A DNA stretch of 64,000 bases from an uncultured delta proteobacterium (GCA_963806225.1 CAWDXG010000004.1:4096001-4160000); one strand, 5' to 3'. Shown: positions 20,054 through 29,388, counted from the first letter of the stretch. Numbers and translations are program-made. Notes: generated by a model not told the origin, from the letters alone.

Positions 20054-22215
20054 GGTTCGGTCTGATCCACCGGATCATGACCGACGCGCTCGCCACGCTC
20101 GGCCTGCTCGCGCTGGTGACGAGTGGCGAGCTCGGACGCTGGGTCAGCGTCTCGCTCCTCGTAGGGCTCGCGCTGGCTCTGGCCATTCCCGAACGTTGGC
20201 AGGACAAGGCCGTGCTGCGGCAGTTCGCAGTGCTCTCGCCGATCGTGCTCCTCACGGTGCAGGTCGGGCGCCTTTTCGTCGGCGCGGGCGTGCTGGTCCT
20301 TGCTGTGGAGTTCGCCGCGGCCCTCCAGGTGGTGCGACTCGCCACGCGCCGCGGCGCAGCTCACGACCAGCAGGTGATCGTGCTCGCCCTGCTGCATCTG
20401 ATCGCCGGCACCGTTCTGGGCGGCGGACTGGCGTATGGGCTCTGCTTCGTCGGATTCTTGATCGTGGCGCCCGGCGCGCTGGTGCTGAGCCATCTGCGTC
20501 GTGAAGTAGAGGGCAACTACCGCCAGGGAGCACGCGACCGCACCGGGCTCCCTGTCGACGTGCCGCGCATCCTGCGCAGCCGCCGCGTGATCGGCAAGCC
20601 GTTCCTGGCATTCACGTGCCTCTTGTCCGTTCCGATCTTCGTCTTCACCGCGCTCCTGTTCGTGCTCTTTCCGCGCGTCGGTCTCTCGCTTCTGCTGCTC
20701 AACCACGCGCGGCCCGAGCGGATGATCGGGTTCTCGGACAAGGTCGACCTTGGAGGAGTCGGCAAGCTCCGCAGCGATCCGACGATAGCGATGCGCGTGG
20801 AGTATCCGAAGCTACGCGACCCTCCCCCGGAGCGCCTGGCTCTGTACCTGCGCGGCACCGCGTTCGATCGCTACGACGGACGCAGCTGGTCGCGCACGAT
20901 CACGGAGCGCGTGAAGGCCGACCATCTCGGAACCAACGTACGTATCCGCCGCTTCGGCAACCCGGGACACGATCGCAAGATGACGATCGACCTGGAGCCG
21001 ATCGACCCGCCCGTGTTGTTCCTGCCGCCCCACGCCGTCGCCATCAGACTGCTGCCACGCGGCACTCCACTGCTCGGTGCGTTGCCCACCATCTACAAGG
21101 GGCCCGAAGGCGAATACAAGTACGCGAGCACCGAGGACAGCGGGATCCGCTACGACGTATTCTTGGCCGGACCGACCGACCACAAGCCGACGCCGCTGAG
21201 CGCCGACAACCGCATGCGCTACCTCGAAGTGCCCGCGGACCTGCCGAAACGCATCGCCGATCTCGCGCACCACTGGGTCGGTACGAAGGCGGATCCCGCG
21301 CAGCAGGCGAAGATCATCGAGCAGCACCTGCGCCACGACTACAAGTACGATCTGGATTCGCCCTCGGGTGCCGCCAAGAACCCGCTGGACGATTTCCTCT
21401 TCAACAGCAAGCGCGGACACTGCGAGTTCTATTCGACCGCGATGGCGATCATGCTTCGTACGTTGGGCGTCCCGACGCGCAACGTGACCGGCTTCATCGG
21501 CGGTACCTACAACCGCTTCGGGCACTACTACGCCGTGCGCCAGGGCGACGCGCACTCGTGGGTCGAGGCCTACCTCGACAACAAGGGGTGGACGCGCTTC
21601 GACCCGACTCCCCCGGCGGACGCTGCGCCGCAGAGCGAGGTCACCGGATTCCTGGCGTTCGTGCGGGACTTCATCGAGGCGACTGCGCAGCGCTGGAACC
21701 GCCACGTGGTGGGCTACGACCTCAAGCAGCAGGTGCGGCTCTTCCACCGCGTGCAGAGCCGCTATTCCGGACTCCACGGTCCAAGCGCGGTGATCGGCGC
21801 GCTCAAGTCACCGCGACGCCTGGCGACACTCCTCCTGGGCCTGCTCTTGATGGTGGGCGGCGTGGTGTGGCTCAGACGCCAGCGCCGCGGAGGCCCCCGG
21901 GCAACCCGCACGCGATCTCCGACCGAAGTGGCAACCCTGCAGGCGGTGCGGCTGTATCGTTCACTCGAGGACGCGATGACCGCGCACGGCGTGGTGCGCC
22001 CCGCCAGCACGCCGCCGCTGTCCCATGCGCGCGCTCTCGTCGAGATGGGGCACCCCATCGGCGGCGAAGTACTGGCGCTCACCGAGCGCTACCTCGAGGC
22101 ACGTTTCGGCGAACGCCCGATCGACGAGGGGGAGCGGCGGGAGTTCACGCGCCGCGTCCGCGCGCTGCGCCAGGCCAATCGGCAGGAGCTCCTGGCACGG
22201 CGGGAAGCGGCGTAA
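20050..22215 (+). CDS. Membrane transglutaminase-like protein (TgpA/DUF3488 + transglutaminase core + DUF4129-like)
   Basis: Multi-TM N-terminus; GHCEFYSTAM, AHSWVEAY and FDPTP catalytic triad motifs; GTGA coupling. Confidence 0.92.
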   Translation: MRFGLIHRIMTDALATLGLLALVTSGELGRWVSVSLLVGLALALAIPERWQDKAVLRQFAVLSPIVLLTVQVGRLFVGAGVLVLAVEFAAALQVVRLATRRGAAHDQQVIVLALLHLIAGTVLGGGLAYGLCFVGFLIVAPGALVLSHLRREVEGNYRQGARDRTGLPVDVPRILRSRRVIGKPFLAFTCLLSVPIFVFTALLFVLFPRVGLSLLLLNHARPERMIGFSDKVDLGGVGKLRSDPTIAMRVEYPKLRDPPPERLALYLRGTAFDRYDGRSWSRTITERVKADHLGTNVRIRRFGNPGHDRKMTIDLEPIDPPVLFLPPHAVAIRLLPRGTPLLGALPTIYKGPEGEYKYASTEDSGIRYDVFLAGPTDHKPTPLSADNRMRYLEVPADLPKRIADLAHHWVGTKADPAQQAKIIEQHLRHDYKYDLDSPSGAAKNPLDDFLFNSKRGHCEFYSTAMAIMLRTLGVPTRNVTGFIGGTYNRFGHYYAVRQGDAHSWVEAYLDNKGWTRFDPTPPADAAPQSEVTGFLAFVRDFIEATAQRWNRHVVGYDLKQQVRLFHRVQSRYSGLHGPSAVIGALKSPRRLATLLLGLLLMVGGVVWLRRQRRGGPRATRTRSPTEVATLQAVRLYRSLEDAMTAHGVVRPASTPPLSHARALVEMGHPIGGEVLALTERYLEARFGERPIDEGERREFTRRVRALRQANRQELLARREAA

Positions 22216-22228
22216 GTCCGACTGCACC

Positions 22229-22244
22229 GGGTCACTATTGACCC
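22229..22244. promoter_or_regulatory. Inverted repeat GGGTCA-CTAT-TGACCC (putative protein-binding site)
   Basis: Perfect 6-bp arms; same half-sites and spacing as the palindrome at 23179-23192. Confidence 0.4.
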
Positions 22245-22495
22245 AGTTGACCCTCCGCTGTCCCCAGGCTTTCCCCAGACGCGAAGTGTCACACCTGGAC
22301 GCCACGCGTGTCATTCTGCCAACCCTCCCCAACACGGCCTGTGGCACCAGAGCAACAACCGCATGAATTGCGCGTCTCGCCACTCGGAAGCCATCCACAG
22401 CTTTTTCAAGGCCTGTTGATAAGCCAAGGCAAAGGCGCATAACTTGCACCAGCGCGCACCGCCCAGCGCAGTGGACGCCGCGAAACCGACGGAGC

Positions 22496-23032
22496 TCAAG
22501 CGCGATGGCGCTTCAGCACAACGCGCGCGGGCTGATCCGGGGTGCGCTCACCGAGCGGCGAGCGCGCGACGCCGTAGAAACCGTCGCTACGTGGTCGCAA
22601 CTCGAGTCCGTCGAAATCCAGGTCGGGTTGGCCACGTTCGACCCATGCCACCACGATCGGCGCTGCCTCGATAGCCTGGGCATCGTCGCCGATCTGCACG
22701 ATATCCACCGCGATACCGCGCTGGAGCTCCTCGGCGGTGATGGCGCGCTGGATGGAGCCGAGCGGCCGCGCGTGCTCGCTTGGAAGATGATCCGCCCCCA
22801 CGGCTTCCGGCGCATACGACTGCACGATCAGGCGGTAAGCGTCGCTGGCGTCACCGTCATCGACCGTTAGCTGGTCACCCGAGATCTCTGCGCGTACGCG
22901 GCCGACCTGCCCCAGACCGAGGGTGGTGGCCGCAACCAGCGCCATCCAGGAAGCGCCGCTGGCAACGGAAGCCGCTGCCTTCCCGGCGGCTCCGCGCACT
23001 CCGCGCTTCCTTGGTTGTGCTCTCTGGGCCAT
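22496..23032 (-). CDS. Hypothetical secreted or membrane-anchored protein
   Basis: ATG at 23032 with upstream GAAGAG; basic N-terminus plus hydrophobic stretch; sigma54 promoter upstream. Confidence 0.65.
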   Translation of the reverse strand: MAQRAQPRKRGVRGAAGKAAASVASGASWMALVAATTLGLGQVGRVRAEISGDQLTVDDGDASDAYRLIVQSYAPEAVGADHLPSEHARPLGSIQRAITAEELQRGIAVDIVQIGDDAQAIEAAPIVVAWVERGQPDLDFDGLELRPRSDGFYGVARSPLGERTPDQPARVVLKRHRA

Positions 23033-23107
23033 GTCTCTTCGATCCAATGAACGTTGGGGGGGCGATTTTCTTTCAGTGAACTCGTCCCGACCGCATGCCG
23101 AGACATA

Positions 23108-23123
23108 AGCATGTTTCGTGCCA
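23108..23123 (-). promoter_or_regulatory. Sigma54 (-24/-12) promoter for the 22496..23032 gene
   Basis: Minus strand TGGCACGAAACATGCT = GG-N10-GC with full TGGCACG -24 element, 76 bp upstream of the ATG. Confidence 0.7.
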
Positions 23124-23178
23124 CCACAAGTGGTGGGTAGAAGATCGCACATTCGCGCCTCGCCGGCGGGTCGGGGTG

Positions 23179-23192
23179 GGTCACATGTGACC
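23179..23192. promoter_or_regulatory. Perfect palindrome GGTCACATGTGACC (putative activator-binding site)
   Basis: 14-bp perfect palindrome about 55-70 bp upstream of the -24 element. Confidence 0.5.
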
Positions 23193-23200
23193 TGTAGCGG

Positions 23201-24631
23201 TCAGCTGTCACCTTGCGCCACGACCGCACGCGCCCACTTCAGCGCGGCAGCACAGGCCCCATCGGACCGCGGCCCCGCCGGGTTGCGCAGATACGGACCC
23301 GCGGTGACGGCCACGTCCCGACCGCTGCGAACGACGGCGAAGGGCCCCGCGAGGCGTCGGGCGCGGCACACGCTCCCACCCTTTACCGCTGCGTGGGCCG
23401 CCTTGGGCCCAACGAAAACGGCATCCGGATGCCCGGTGCGATCGGCGCGAGCCATCGCCAACACCCCGCGCGCGAACGCCTCGAGCCCCCGCTGGGCGGC
23501 CTCCCGCGTGTCGTAACGGAGGTGCCAGGCAAACGCGATGCGGTGGCCATCACGGAACACCGCGCCGCGATCCCCGTCCCAACCGCTGGCCGCCTTTGCA
23601 GCCTTGCCGCGCGGCATCCAGCCCTCGAACACCAGTCGCACCGACTGCTCGCCTTCGATGTCGTGATAGAGCACCTTCGACGGCCCTGCCGGATCTGGCA
23701 GCGGCACCGCGATCGAGTCGCCCACCTCGTGCGCCACCAGTTTCGCTGGATGCAGGAGCTGCTCGGTGGTGGTGGGCCGGTGTGCCCACAGCGCGTCCAC
23801 GGCCGCCCACCCGCCACGGCGGCGCGCCCAGTGCACGAGGCGGATCCCGTCGACGTACGCAGAGACGATCGAGCGCTTGAGGATGTCGGGCACGTTGGCC
23901 GCGGCAGGAGAAAGCTCGATGGAGCCGCGCGCCTCGATCCCCACCGCACCGTCGGGAAGATCCGTGGCGCGCTTTCCCTTCGGGGCGAGCATGGCGTCCA
24001 GCATGGCGCTGGTAGCGCCGCCTTCAGCCAGCGCGTGCACCGCGCTCTGTGCATCGGATGCGTCGTCGCGATATTCGAGCAGCGATCCTAGACCGAAGTA
24101 CTGGTCCTGCAGCGCATGGACGAGCTCGTGGTCGAGCGTGATCTTCCGCTCCGACGGAGCCAGATCCGCGGACAGGTACATTGTCTTGTCTTTCGGCTCG
24201 TAGAAGCCGGCAAGCTGAGCGGTCATCAGCTCCATCAGGCTCCGCTCGTAGTCGAAATCCGGCGGAACGGTGCCGAGCGCGAACAGCATCTCCGCCTGCC
24301 CCGCCATGGCATCGGGCGGCACCTCGCTCAGCATGTCGCGACGCACATGCGCAACCATCTCGGCGCGGCTGACCAGCTTGCCCCGCACCGGACCCTTCGG
24401 CGGCAGCTGGCGCAGACGCGACACCTCGCGGAGAGCGCGCGCGACGACCATGTCGGCCGCACTGTCGGGGTCCTGCACCGCTGGCGCGGGCCGGGCGGGG
24501 TCCGCGCTCCGCGCCAGAGGCGACGGGGAAGGCCGGTTCGGTGGAGCCGCAACGGAGGGGCGAGCCTCGCTGCGACCGCAACCCACGGAAAGGGAAAGCG
24601 CCGCCAGTACGACCAGGGTCGGGATCCTCAT
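23201..24631 (-). CDS. Lipoprotein with zinc-metallopeptidase (HExxH) domain
   Basis: Lipobox LSVGC; AGFYEP, TLDHELVHALQDQYF, ALAEGGAT and PTTTEQLLHP. Confidence 0.8.
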   Translation of the reverse strand: MRIPTLVVLAALSLSVGCGRSEARPSVAAPPNRPSPSPLARSADPARPAPAVQDPDSAADMVVARALREVSRLRQLPPKGPVRGKLVSRAEMVAHVRRDMLSEVPPDAMAGQAEMLFALGTVPPDFDYERSLMELMTAQLAGFYEPKDKTMYLSADLAPSERKITLDHELVHALQDQYFGLGSLLEYRDDASDAQSAVHALAEGGATSAMLDAMLAPKGKRATDLPDGAVGIEARGSIELSPAAANVPDILKRSIVSAYVDGIRLVHWARRRGGWAAVDALWAHRPTTTEQLLHPAKLVAHEVGDSIAVPLPDPAGPSKVLYHDIEGEQSVRLVFEGWMPRGKAAKAASGWDGDRGAVFRDGHRIAFAWHLRYDTREAAQRGLEAFARGVLAMARADRTGHPDAVFVGPKAAHAAVKGGSVCRARRLAGPFAVVRSGRDVAVTAGPYLRNPAGPRSDGACAAALKWARAVVAQGDS

Positions 24632-24687
24632 GCGCACCCGGAGCGTAGCCGGCGGGCGCGTGACGAGCCACTCCCGCGGCGGGTAGG

Positions 24688-25353
24688 TCAGCCGGCCGCG
24701 GCCTTGCGGATGCTGGCGATCGCGCCCGCGCGATCCGACTCACCGAACACGGCCGAACCCGCGACCAGCACGCGCGCCCCGGCGTCGACGACCTGCCGGG
24801 CTGTTTCCGGCGAAACTCCGCCATCGACCTCGAGATCGATCTCGAGTCCGGCGGCGTCGATCATGCGACGCAGCGCAGCCAGCTTGGGCAGCGCCTCCGG
24901 CAGGAATGCCTGGCCCCCGAAGCCGGGGTTGACGCTCATCACCAGGACCAGGTCCACGTCGCCCAGCACGTAGCGCAGGTGTTCTTCCGGCGTATGCGGA
25001 TTGAGCACGACACCCGCGCGTTTCCCGAGACGACGGATCTCCGCGAGCGTGCGCTGCAGATGCACGGACGCCTCGATGTGCACGCTGATCACGTCGGCGC
25101 CGGCCTCGGCAAACTGCTCGATGTACTTCTCCGGCTCGACGATCATCAGATGCACGTCGACCGGCAATGCGGTGGCGCGGCGGATCGCCTTCACCATGGC
25201 GGGACCGAGCGTGATGTTCGGCACGAAGCGGCCATCCATCACGTCCACGTGGATCCAATCTGCCCCGCCTTTCTCGACCTCGCGGACCTCCTCGGCGAGG
25301 CGTCCCAGGTCTGCGCTCAGGACCGAGGGGGCAACGCGAACAGCTGTCGGCAT
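24688..25353 (-). CDS. rpe: Ribulose-phosphate 3-epimerase
   Basis: APSVLSAD, HVDVMDGRFVPN, DVHLM, MSVNPGFGGQ and EVDGG. Confidence 0.96.
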   Translation of the reverse strand: MPTAVRVAPSVLSADLGRLAEEVREVEKGGADWIHVDVMDGRFVPNITLGPAMVKAIRRATALPVDVHLMIVEPEKYIEQFAEAGADVISVHIEASVHLQRTLAEIRRLGKRAGVVLNPHTPEEHLRYVLGDVDLVLVMSVNPGFGGQAFLPEALPKLAALRRMIDAAGLEIDLEVDGGVSPETARQVVDAGARVLVAGSAVFGESDRAGAIASIRKAAAG

Positions 25354-25504
25354 GGAGCAGGGGATACACGACGGCCGGGCCCGCGGCCAGCACCACCGAC
25401 CGTGCACGAAAACCGGCCGCGGCTCGCTCTGCATGCCGCTGGATTCGCGCCTGGCAGCATGTGATACCCTCCCCGAAGCCGGGCTCACGCCGGCCCTCGA
25501 ACCG

Positions 25505-25942
25505 ATGCTCACTCGTCCACTCGGCAAGCAGGACTACGACCACATCGTCCAGGTCATCGACCGCTGGTGGGGAGGGCCGACCAGCGCCCTGGCTCATCCC
25601 ATGTTCTTCTACGAGCTGGGCACGCTCGCGCGCGTCGTCGAACACGACGGCGTGCTGGTGGGGTTCCTCTTCGGATTCGTTTCGTTGGGACCGCCGCCGA
25701 CGGGCTACGTCCATCTAGTTGGCATCCACCCGGACTACCGGCGCCGTGGAGTCGGCAAGGTGCTCTACCAGACCTTCGAGGACGACTGTCGTGCAGCTGC
25801 ATGCACGCGTCTCAAGGCGATCACGACGACCGGCAACGAGGGTTCGATTGCCTTCCACCGGGCGCTCGGATGGAGCGTCTCCCTCGTCGAGGACTACGCG
25901 GGTCCCGCCAGGCCACGCATCGTGTTCGAGAAGACGCTTTGA
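25505..25942 (+). CDS. GNAT family N-acetyltransferase
   Basis: VGIHPDYRRRGVGKVLY acetyl-CoA motif; NEGSIAFHRALG. Confidence 0.88.
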   Translation: MLTRPLGKQDYDHIVQVIDRWWGGPTSALAHPMFFYELGTLARVVEHDGVLVGFLFGFVSLGPPPTGYVHLVGIHPDYRRRGVGKVLYQTFEDDCRAAACTRLKAITTTGNEGSIAFHRALGWSVSLVEDYAGPARPRIVFEKTL

Positions 25943-25943
25943 G

Positions 25944-26759
25944 ATGACCCAAGGCGAGCCCGGTTCGTTTCCGGCGTCACGCCCCGCACGGCAGGCCCGG
26001 GTCCAGTTGGTCGAGGCGCTGCAGATCCTGCAATCGCTCGACACGGGAAGCGGCGCGGCGGCGCGTGCGCTGGATGCGGCCGCGGCGGCGTCGAGTGCGC
26101 TGTACGAGGCCGAGACCCACGCCGCCACGCTGCAGGCGTCGTACTCGGGAGTGCGCATCGCGATCGAGCAGTTGGGCGAGGCGCTGACGGCGCTGCAGGA
26201 GTACGAGGCAGAGAGCTCGACCGTGCACCCGGCGACGGAGACCATCGCGCGCACGCTCGCACTGCTCTACCCGATCGCGAAAGCCCAGCAGCGTCAGCGC
26301 CGCGAAGTGGTGATGCCGGCCGAGGAGAGCGGCGAACGCGCGTCGCACGTCCCTCCCGCGCCCGAGCCGCTCGGCCGTCCGCGCCTTCCCACGCCGTTCT
26401 CGGGGTCCGACAAACGCTCGAGCGGCGGGAGCCGCGTCTTCGTCGAGACGGACATCGGTCTCTTCAGCGACTCCACGTTCTACACGGGGCTGTCGCAGGA
26501 CCTGTCCAACGGGGGGCTATTCGTCGCCACCTACGAGCCCAGACCGCCGGGCACGACGGTGTCGATCTTCTTCGTGCTGCCCGACGGCCACGAGGTGGAA
26601 GCCGCCGGCATCGTGCGCTGGACGCGGGAAGCCAGCGAGGACTCGCCGCCGGGGATGGGCATCGCCTTCTCGGAGCTGGATCCGGCCGACCTGCAAGCGA
26701 TTACGCGGTTTTGCCAGGCGCGACCGCCCATCTATCACGACTCCGCCGACGAAACGTGA
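25944..26759 (+). CDS. TIGR02266-type PilZ domain protein with helical N-terminus
   Basis: FYTGLSQDLSNGGLFVAT...GIVRWTR...PGMGIAF. Confidence 0.85.
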   Translation: MTQGEPGSFPASRPARQARVQLVEALQILQSLDTGSGAAARALDAAAAASSALYEAETHAATLQASYSGVRIAIEQLGEALTALQEYEAESSTVHPATETIARTLALLYPIAKAQQRQRREVVMPAEESGERASHVPPAPEPLGRPRLPTPFSGSDKRSSGGSRVFVETDIGLFSDSTFYTGLSQDLSNGGLFVATYEPRPPGTTVSIFFVLPDGHEVEAAGIVRWTREASEDSPPGMGIAFSELDPADLQAITRFCQARPPIYHDSADET

Positions 26760-26855
26760 GGGGGCGCGGCGGCACCGACTCGGGTCCGCCTATTGATTGT
26801 CGCTGAATCGGCGATAAGGTTCCTGCGGCTCGCGGGCAGCTGTCCGGAGGACGAG

Positions 26856-27761
26856 ATGCGCACTTCCAGATCCATTCTTGCATTGGTCGCAGCGGGCGCG
26901 GCAGCGTTCGGCTGCGCGCAATCCCAGTCGGTAGGAAACCCGTACGGGTCATACGGCGGCAGCGGCGGGGCGGCCGGCACGGGTGCCAGCGCCGGCACGG
27001 GCGCCGGTGGCAGCACGGGCGGTAGCGGAGCCGGCGGCAGCACGGGCGGCACCGGAGCCGGCGGCAGCACGGGCGGCACCGGAGCCGGCGGCAGCACGGG
27101 CGGTACCGGAGCCGGCGGCAGCACGGGCGGTACCGGAGCCGGCGGCACCGGGGGCGGCAACTGCACGCCGCCGGTAGCGGGAGGTGCGTGCGACACGTCG
27201 CCGCAGTGCGGCTGCAACTCGGGTCAGGCCTGCGTCGTCGTCAACCAGACCACCGGCTCGACTGGCTGCGTGGCGGCCGGCAGTGTCCAACCTGCCCAGA
27301 ACTGCTCGAGCGGCAGCACCTGCATCGCCGGCTACGACTGCGTGGGGCAGGCGTGCAAGAAGTACTGCGACTCGGCGACCGACTGCGGCGGCGGACAGGA
27401 CTGCGTGCAGGTGTCGGTCACCGACAGCAGCGGCAACTCGACTCCCATCCCCAGCATGAAGGTGTGCACGACCGGCTGCGCTCTGGAAAATCCGGGCGCG
27501 GTCTGCGGCTCGGGACTCAACTGCTACCAGGCATCGCAGACCAGCTCGGCGACGGACTGCGGTCCTGCCGGCACCGGAACGGGCGCCAGCGGGTGCAGCC
27601 AGACTGATCCCACAACCTGTGCGCCGGGCTACGTCTGCCTGACGGACAACAGCTGCGCGCACTGGTGCCGCGTCGGCATGAGCGATTGCCCCACCGGAAG
27701 CTGCGCGAACCTGCAGACGCCGCCCGTCATCAACGGCGTGACCTACGGAATCTGCCAATGA
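26856..27761 (+). CDS. Gly-rich / Cys-rich lipoprotein
   Basis: Lipobox AAFGC; GAGGSTGGT repeats, then Cys-rich domains (CDTSPQCGCNSGQAC). Confidence 0.85.
   Translation: MRTSRSILALVAAGAAAFGCAQSQSVGNPYGSYGGSGGAAGTGASAGTGAGGSTGGSGAGGSTGGTGAGGSTGGTGAGGSTGGTGAGGSTGGTGAGGTGGGNCTPPVAGGACDTSPQCGCNSGQACVVVNQTTGSTGCVAAGSVQPAQNCSSGSTCIAGYDCVGQACKKYCDSATDCGGGQDCVQVSVTDSSGNSTPIPSMKVCTTGCALENPGAVCGSGLNCYQASQTSSATDCGPAGTGTGASGCSQTDPTTCAPGYVCLTDNSCAHWCRVGMSDCPTGSCANLQTPPVINGVTYGICQ
27000..27134 (+). repeat. Five tandem 27-bp coding repeats (GAGGSTGGT)
   Basis: Unit GGAGCCGGCGGCAGCACGGGCGG(C/T)ACC; first copy slightly diverged. Confidence 0.9.
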
Positions 27762-28264
27762 CAGCCTCGGCGCCGGTCGACATAGGGCCGGCGGAGCTGC
27801 GCAACATCGGACTGTTCGGCGCATTGCCGGACAACGCACTGGCGCACCTCGCGTCGACCCTGGAACCGGTCACGCCGTCGGCTGGCGACGTTGTGTTTCG
27901 GGAGGGCGAGGAAGCGCGGGACATGTTCGTCGTGCTGAGCGGCGAGATGGAGATCCTCAAACGCAGCAAGCGCGGCGTCGACGCACGCGTGGCACTGCTC
28001 GGTCCTGGCGACTGGTTCGGCGAGATGAGCATCCTCGACGTGCAGCCTCGTTCGGCAACCGTGCGGACGCTTGCGCCGTCGCGCCTGCTCCGCATCACTT
28101 CTGCCGATCTGGACGGGCTATATCGCTACGATGTGAAGGCGTACTCGCTCATCGTGCTGAACCTGGCGCGCGAGCTGAGCCGCCGGTTGCGGGTCGCCGA
28201 CGGCATCCTGGCCGACTTCATCGCCAACCTGATGGACAGCTACCTGGCGCGGCCTGACGGCTGA
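27758..28264 (+). CDS. Stand-alone cyclic-nucleotide-binding domain protein
   Basis: VFREGEEARDMFVVLSG, GDWFGEMSILDVQPRSATV; no HTH; ATGA coupling to the lipoprotein. Confidence 0.88.
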   Translation: MTASAPVDIGPAELRNIGLFGALPDNALAHLASTLEPVTPSAGDVVFREGEEARDMFVVLSGEMEILKRSKRGVDARVALLGPGDWFGEMSILDVQPRSATVRTLAPSRLLRITSADLDGLYRYDVKAYSLIVLNLARELSRRLRVADGILADFIANLMDSYLARPDG

Positions 28265-28273
28265 CGCCTGCAC

Positions 28274-28711
28274 TCACTCGGCGGCAGCGTCTGCAGGGCC
28301 GGCGTCGGTGCCGGTCGCCCCGTCGGAGGCGTCGAGGACCGCTGCGTCGACGTTGACGGCGCCATCCCGCACCGCGCCGTCCGCGTGGAGAGCGCTGTCC
28401 CCGGCGGCGCCGTCGAGCAACCCGGCCTCGGTCTTCGGGATCGCCGCAGCGTCACCGCCAGCGTCGAGCGCACCGGCCATGGCCCCTGATCCGCCGCCGC
28501 CGTTCTTGCCTCCGGCAGCGCCACCCGTGGCGTAGCCGGTCCCGCCGACGCCCAGCCCGGGCAGCCCGCCCGCACCGCCCGTTGCGTAGTCGTGACCGCC
28601 AGTTCCGCCCGGGGTCAACGGCGGCTCCGGTTGCGGATTCAACGCGCAGGCCGCCACACCCAGCATCAAGCCAAGCGAGAGTGCGGCCAGCGTGCGGAGA
28701 TTCCGCCCCAT
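28274..28711 (-). CDS. Small Gly/Ala/Asp-rich lipoprotein with LNPQPEPP motif
   Basis: GVAAC-ALNPQPEPP, then low-complexity GGxGG and DAG/DAA segments. Confidence 0.7.
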   Translation of the reverse strand: MGRNLRTLAALSLGLMLGVAACALNPQPEPPLTPGGTGGHDYATGGAGGLPGLGVGGTGYATGGAAGGKNGGGGSGAMAGALDAGGDAAAIPKTEAGLLDGAAGDSALHADGAVRDGAVNVDAAVLDASDGATGTDAGPADAAAE

Positions 28712-28875
28712 GTCGCGAATTCGTAGCACGTCGCGGTCCATGCCGCGCCCGACCGGCACCACGGGCCATTGACGCATGAAAACGCGACGTTGCGGCGCCG
28801 CAGCCAGCGCCGGATGGCACAACCTGGCACAAAACTGGACGTCGCTGACGCGGTCGCCCAGACGGGACGAGGGGC

Positions 28876-29388
28876 TCAGTCGCCTGGCGCGCCGTCGGTC
28901 AGCGCATCTCCCGGGGCATCCGTCGCCGCGTCGCCGACGGCTCCCGCGTCCGACATGGCATCGCTGCCCGCGTCGCTTCCAGCCGCGCCGGCCGTTCCAC
29001 CGCTGCCAGCCGCGCCGGCCGTTCCACCGCTGCCAGCCGCGCCGGCCGTGCCACCGCTGCCGGCCGCGCCGGCCGTTCCACCGCTGCCAGCCGCGCCGGC
29101 CGTGCCACCGGTGCCGGCGCCGCCTGCTCCGCCCGTTCCGCCACTAGTGCCGGCAGTCCCCCCACCGGACCCACCCGTGCCGGCGCCCGCCGCGCCGCCG
29201 AACGCACCGCCACCCCCGCTGCCGCCGGTGTTCATCGATCCGCCACCGCCGCCGGCGTCCGCTCCGATGCCTCCACCCGTACCGTTGTTGCCGGTGTCGC
29301 TGGGCGGTTCCGGCTGCGGATTGAGCACGCAGGAGCCCACTCCACCCAGGGCCAGTAACCCCACCAACAAGAAGCCTGTGCCACGCAT
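28876..29388 (-). CDS. Small Gly-rich lipoprotein with LNPQPEPP motif (paralogue of neighbour)
   Basis: GVGSC-VLNPQPEPP; GGTAGAAGS repeats; DAG-rich tail. Confidence 0.75.
   Translation of the reverse strand: MRGTGFLLVGLLALGGVGSCVLNPQPEPPSDTGNNGTGGGIGADAGGGGGSMNTGGSGGGGAFGGAAGAGTGGSGGGTAGTSGGTGGAGGAGTGGTAGAAGSGGTAGAAGSGGTAGAAGSGGTAGAAGSGGTAGAAGSDAGSDAMSDAGAVGDAATDAPGDALTDGAPGD
28975..29109 (-). repeat. Five tandem 27-bp coding repeats (GGTAGAAGS)
   Basis: Plus-strand unit GCTGCCAGCCGCGCCGGCCGTTCCACC with third-position variants. Confidence 0.9.

Noticed and set aside
17935..22215. MoxR-DUF58-transglutaminase triad and AroK-AroB fusion as novel
   Set aside because: Both are well-known, widespread arrangements.
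28815..28840. TGGCAC elements as sigma54 promoters
   Set aside because: Spacing is GG-N9-GC or ends in GA, and the orientation is opposite to the flanking genes; retained only as a direct repeat.
27000..29109. 27-bp repeats as CRISPR arrays
   Set aside because: Head-to-tail repeats without spacers, in frame in Gly-rich proteins, and no cas genes.
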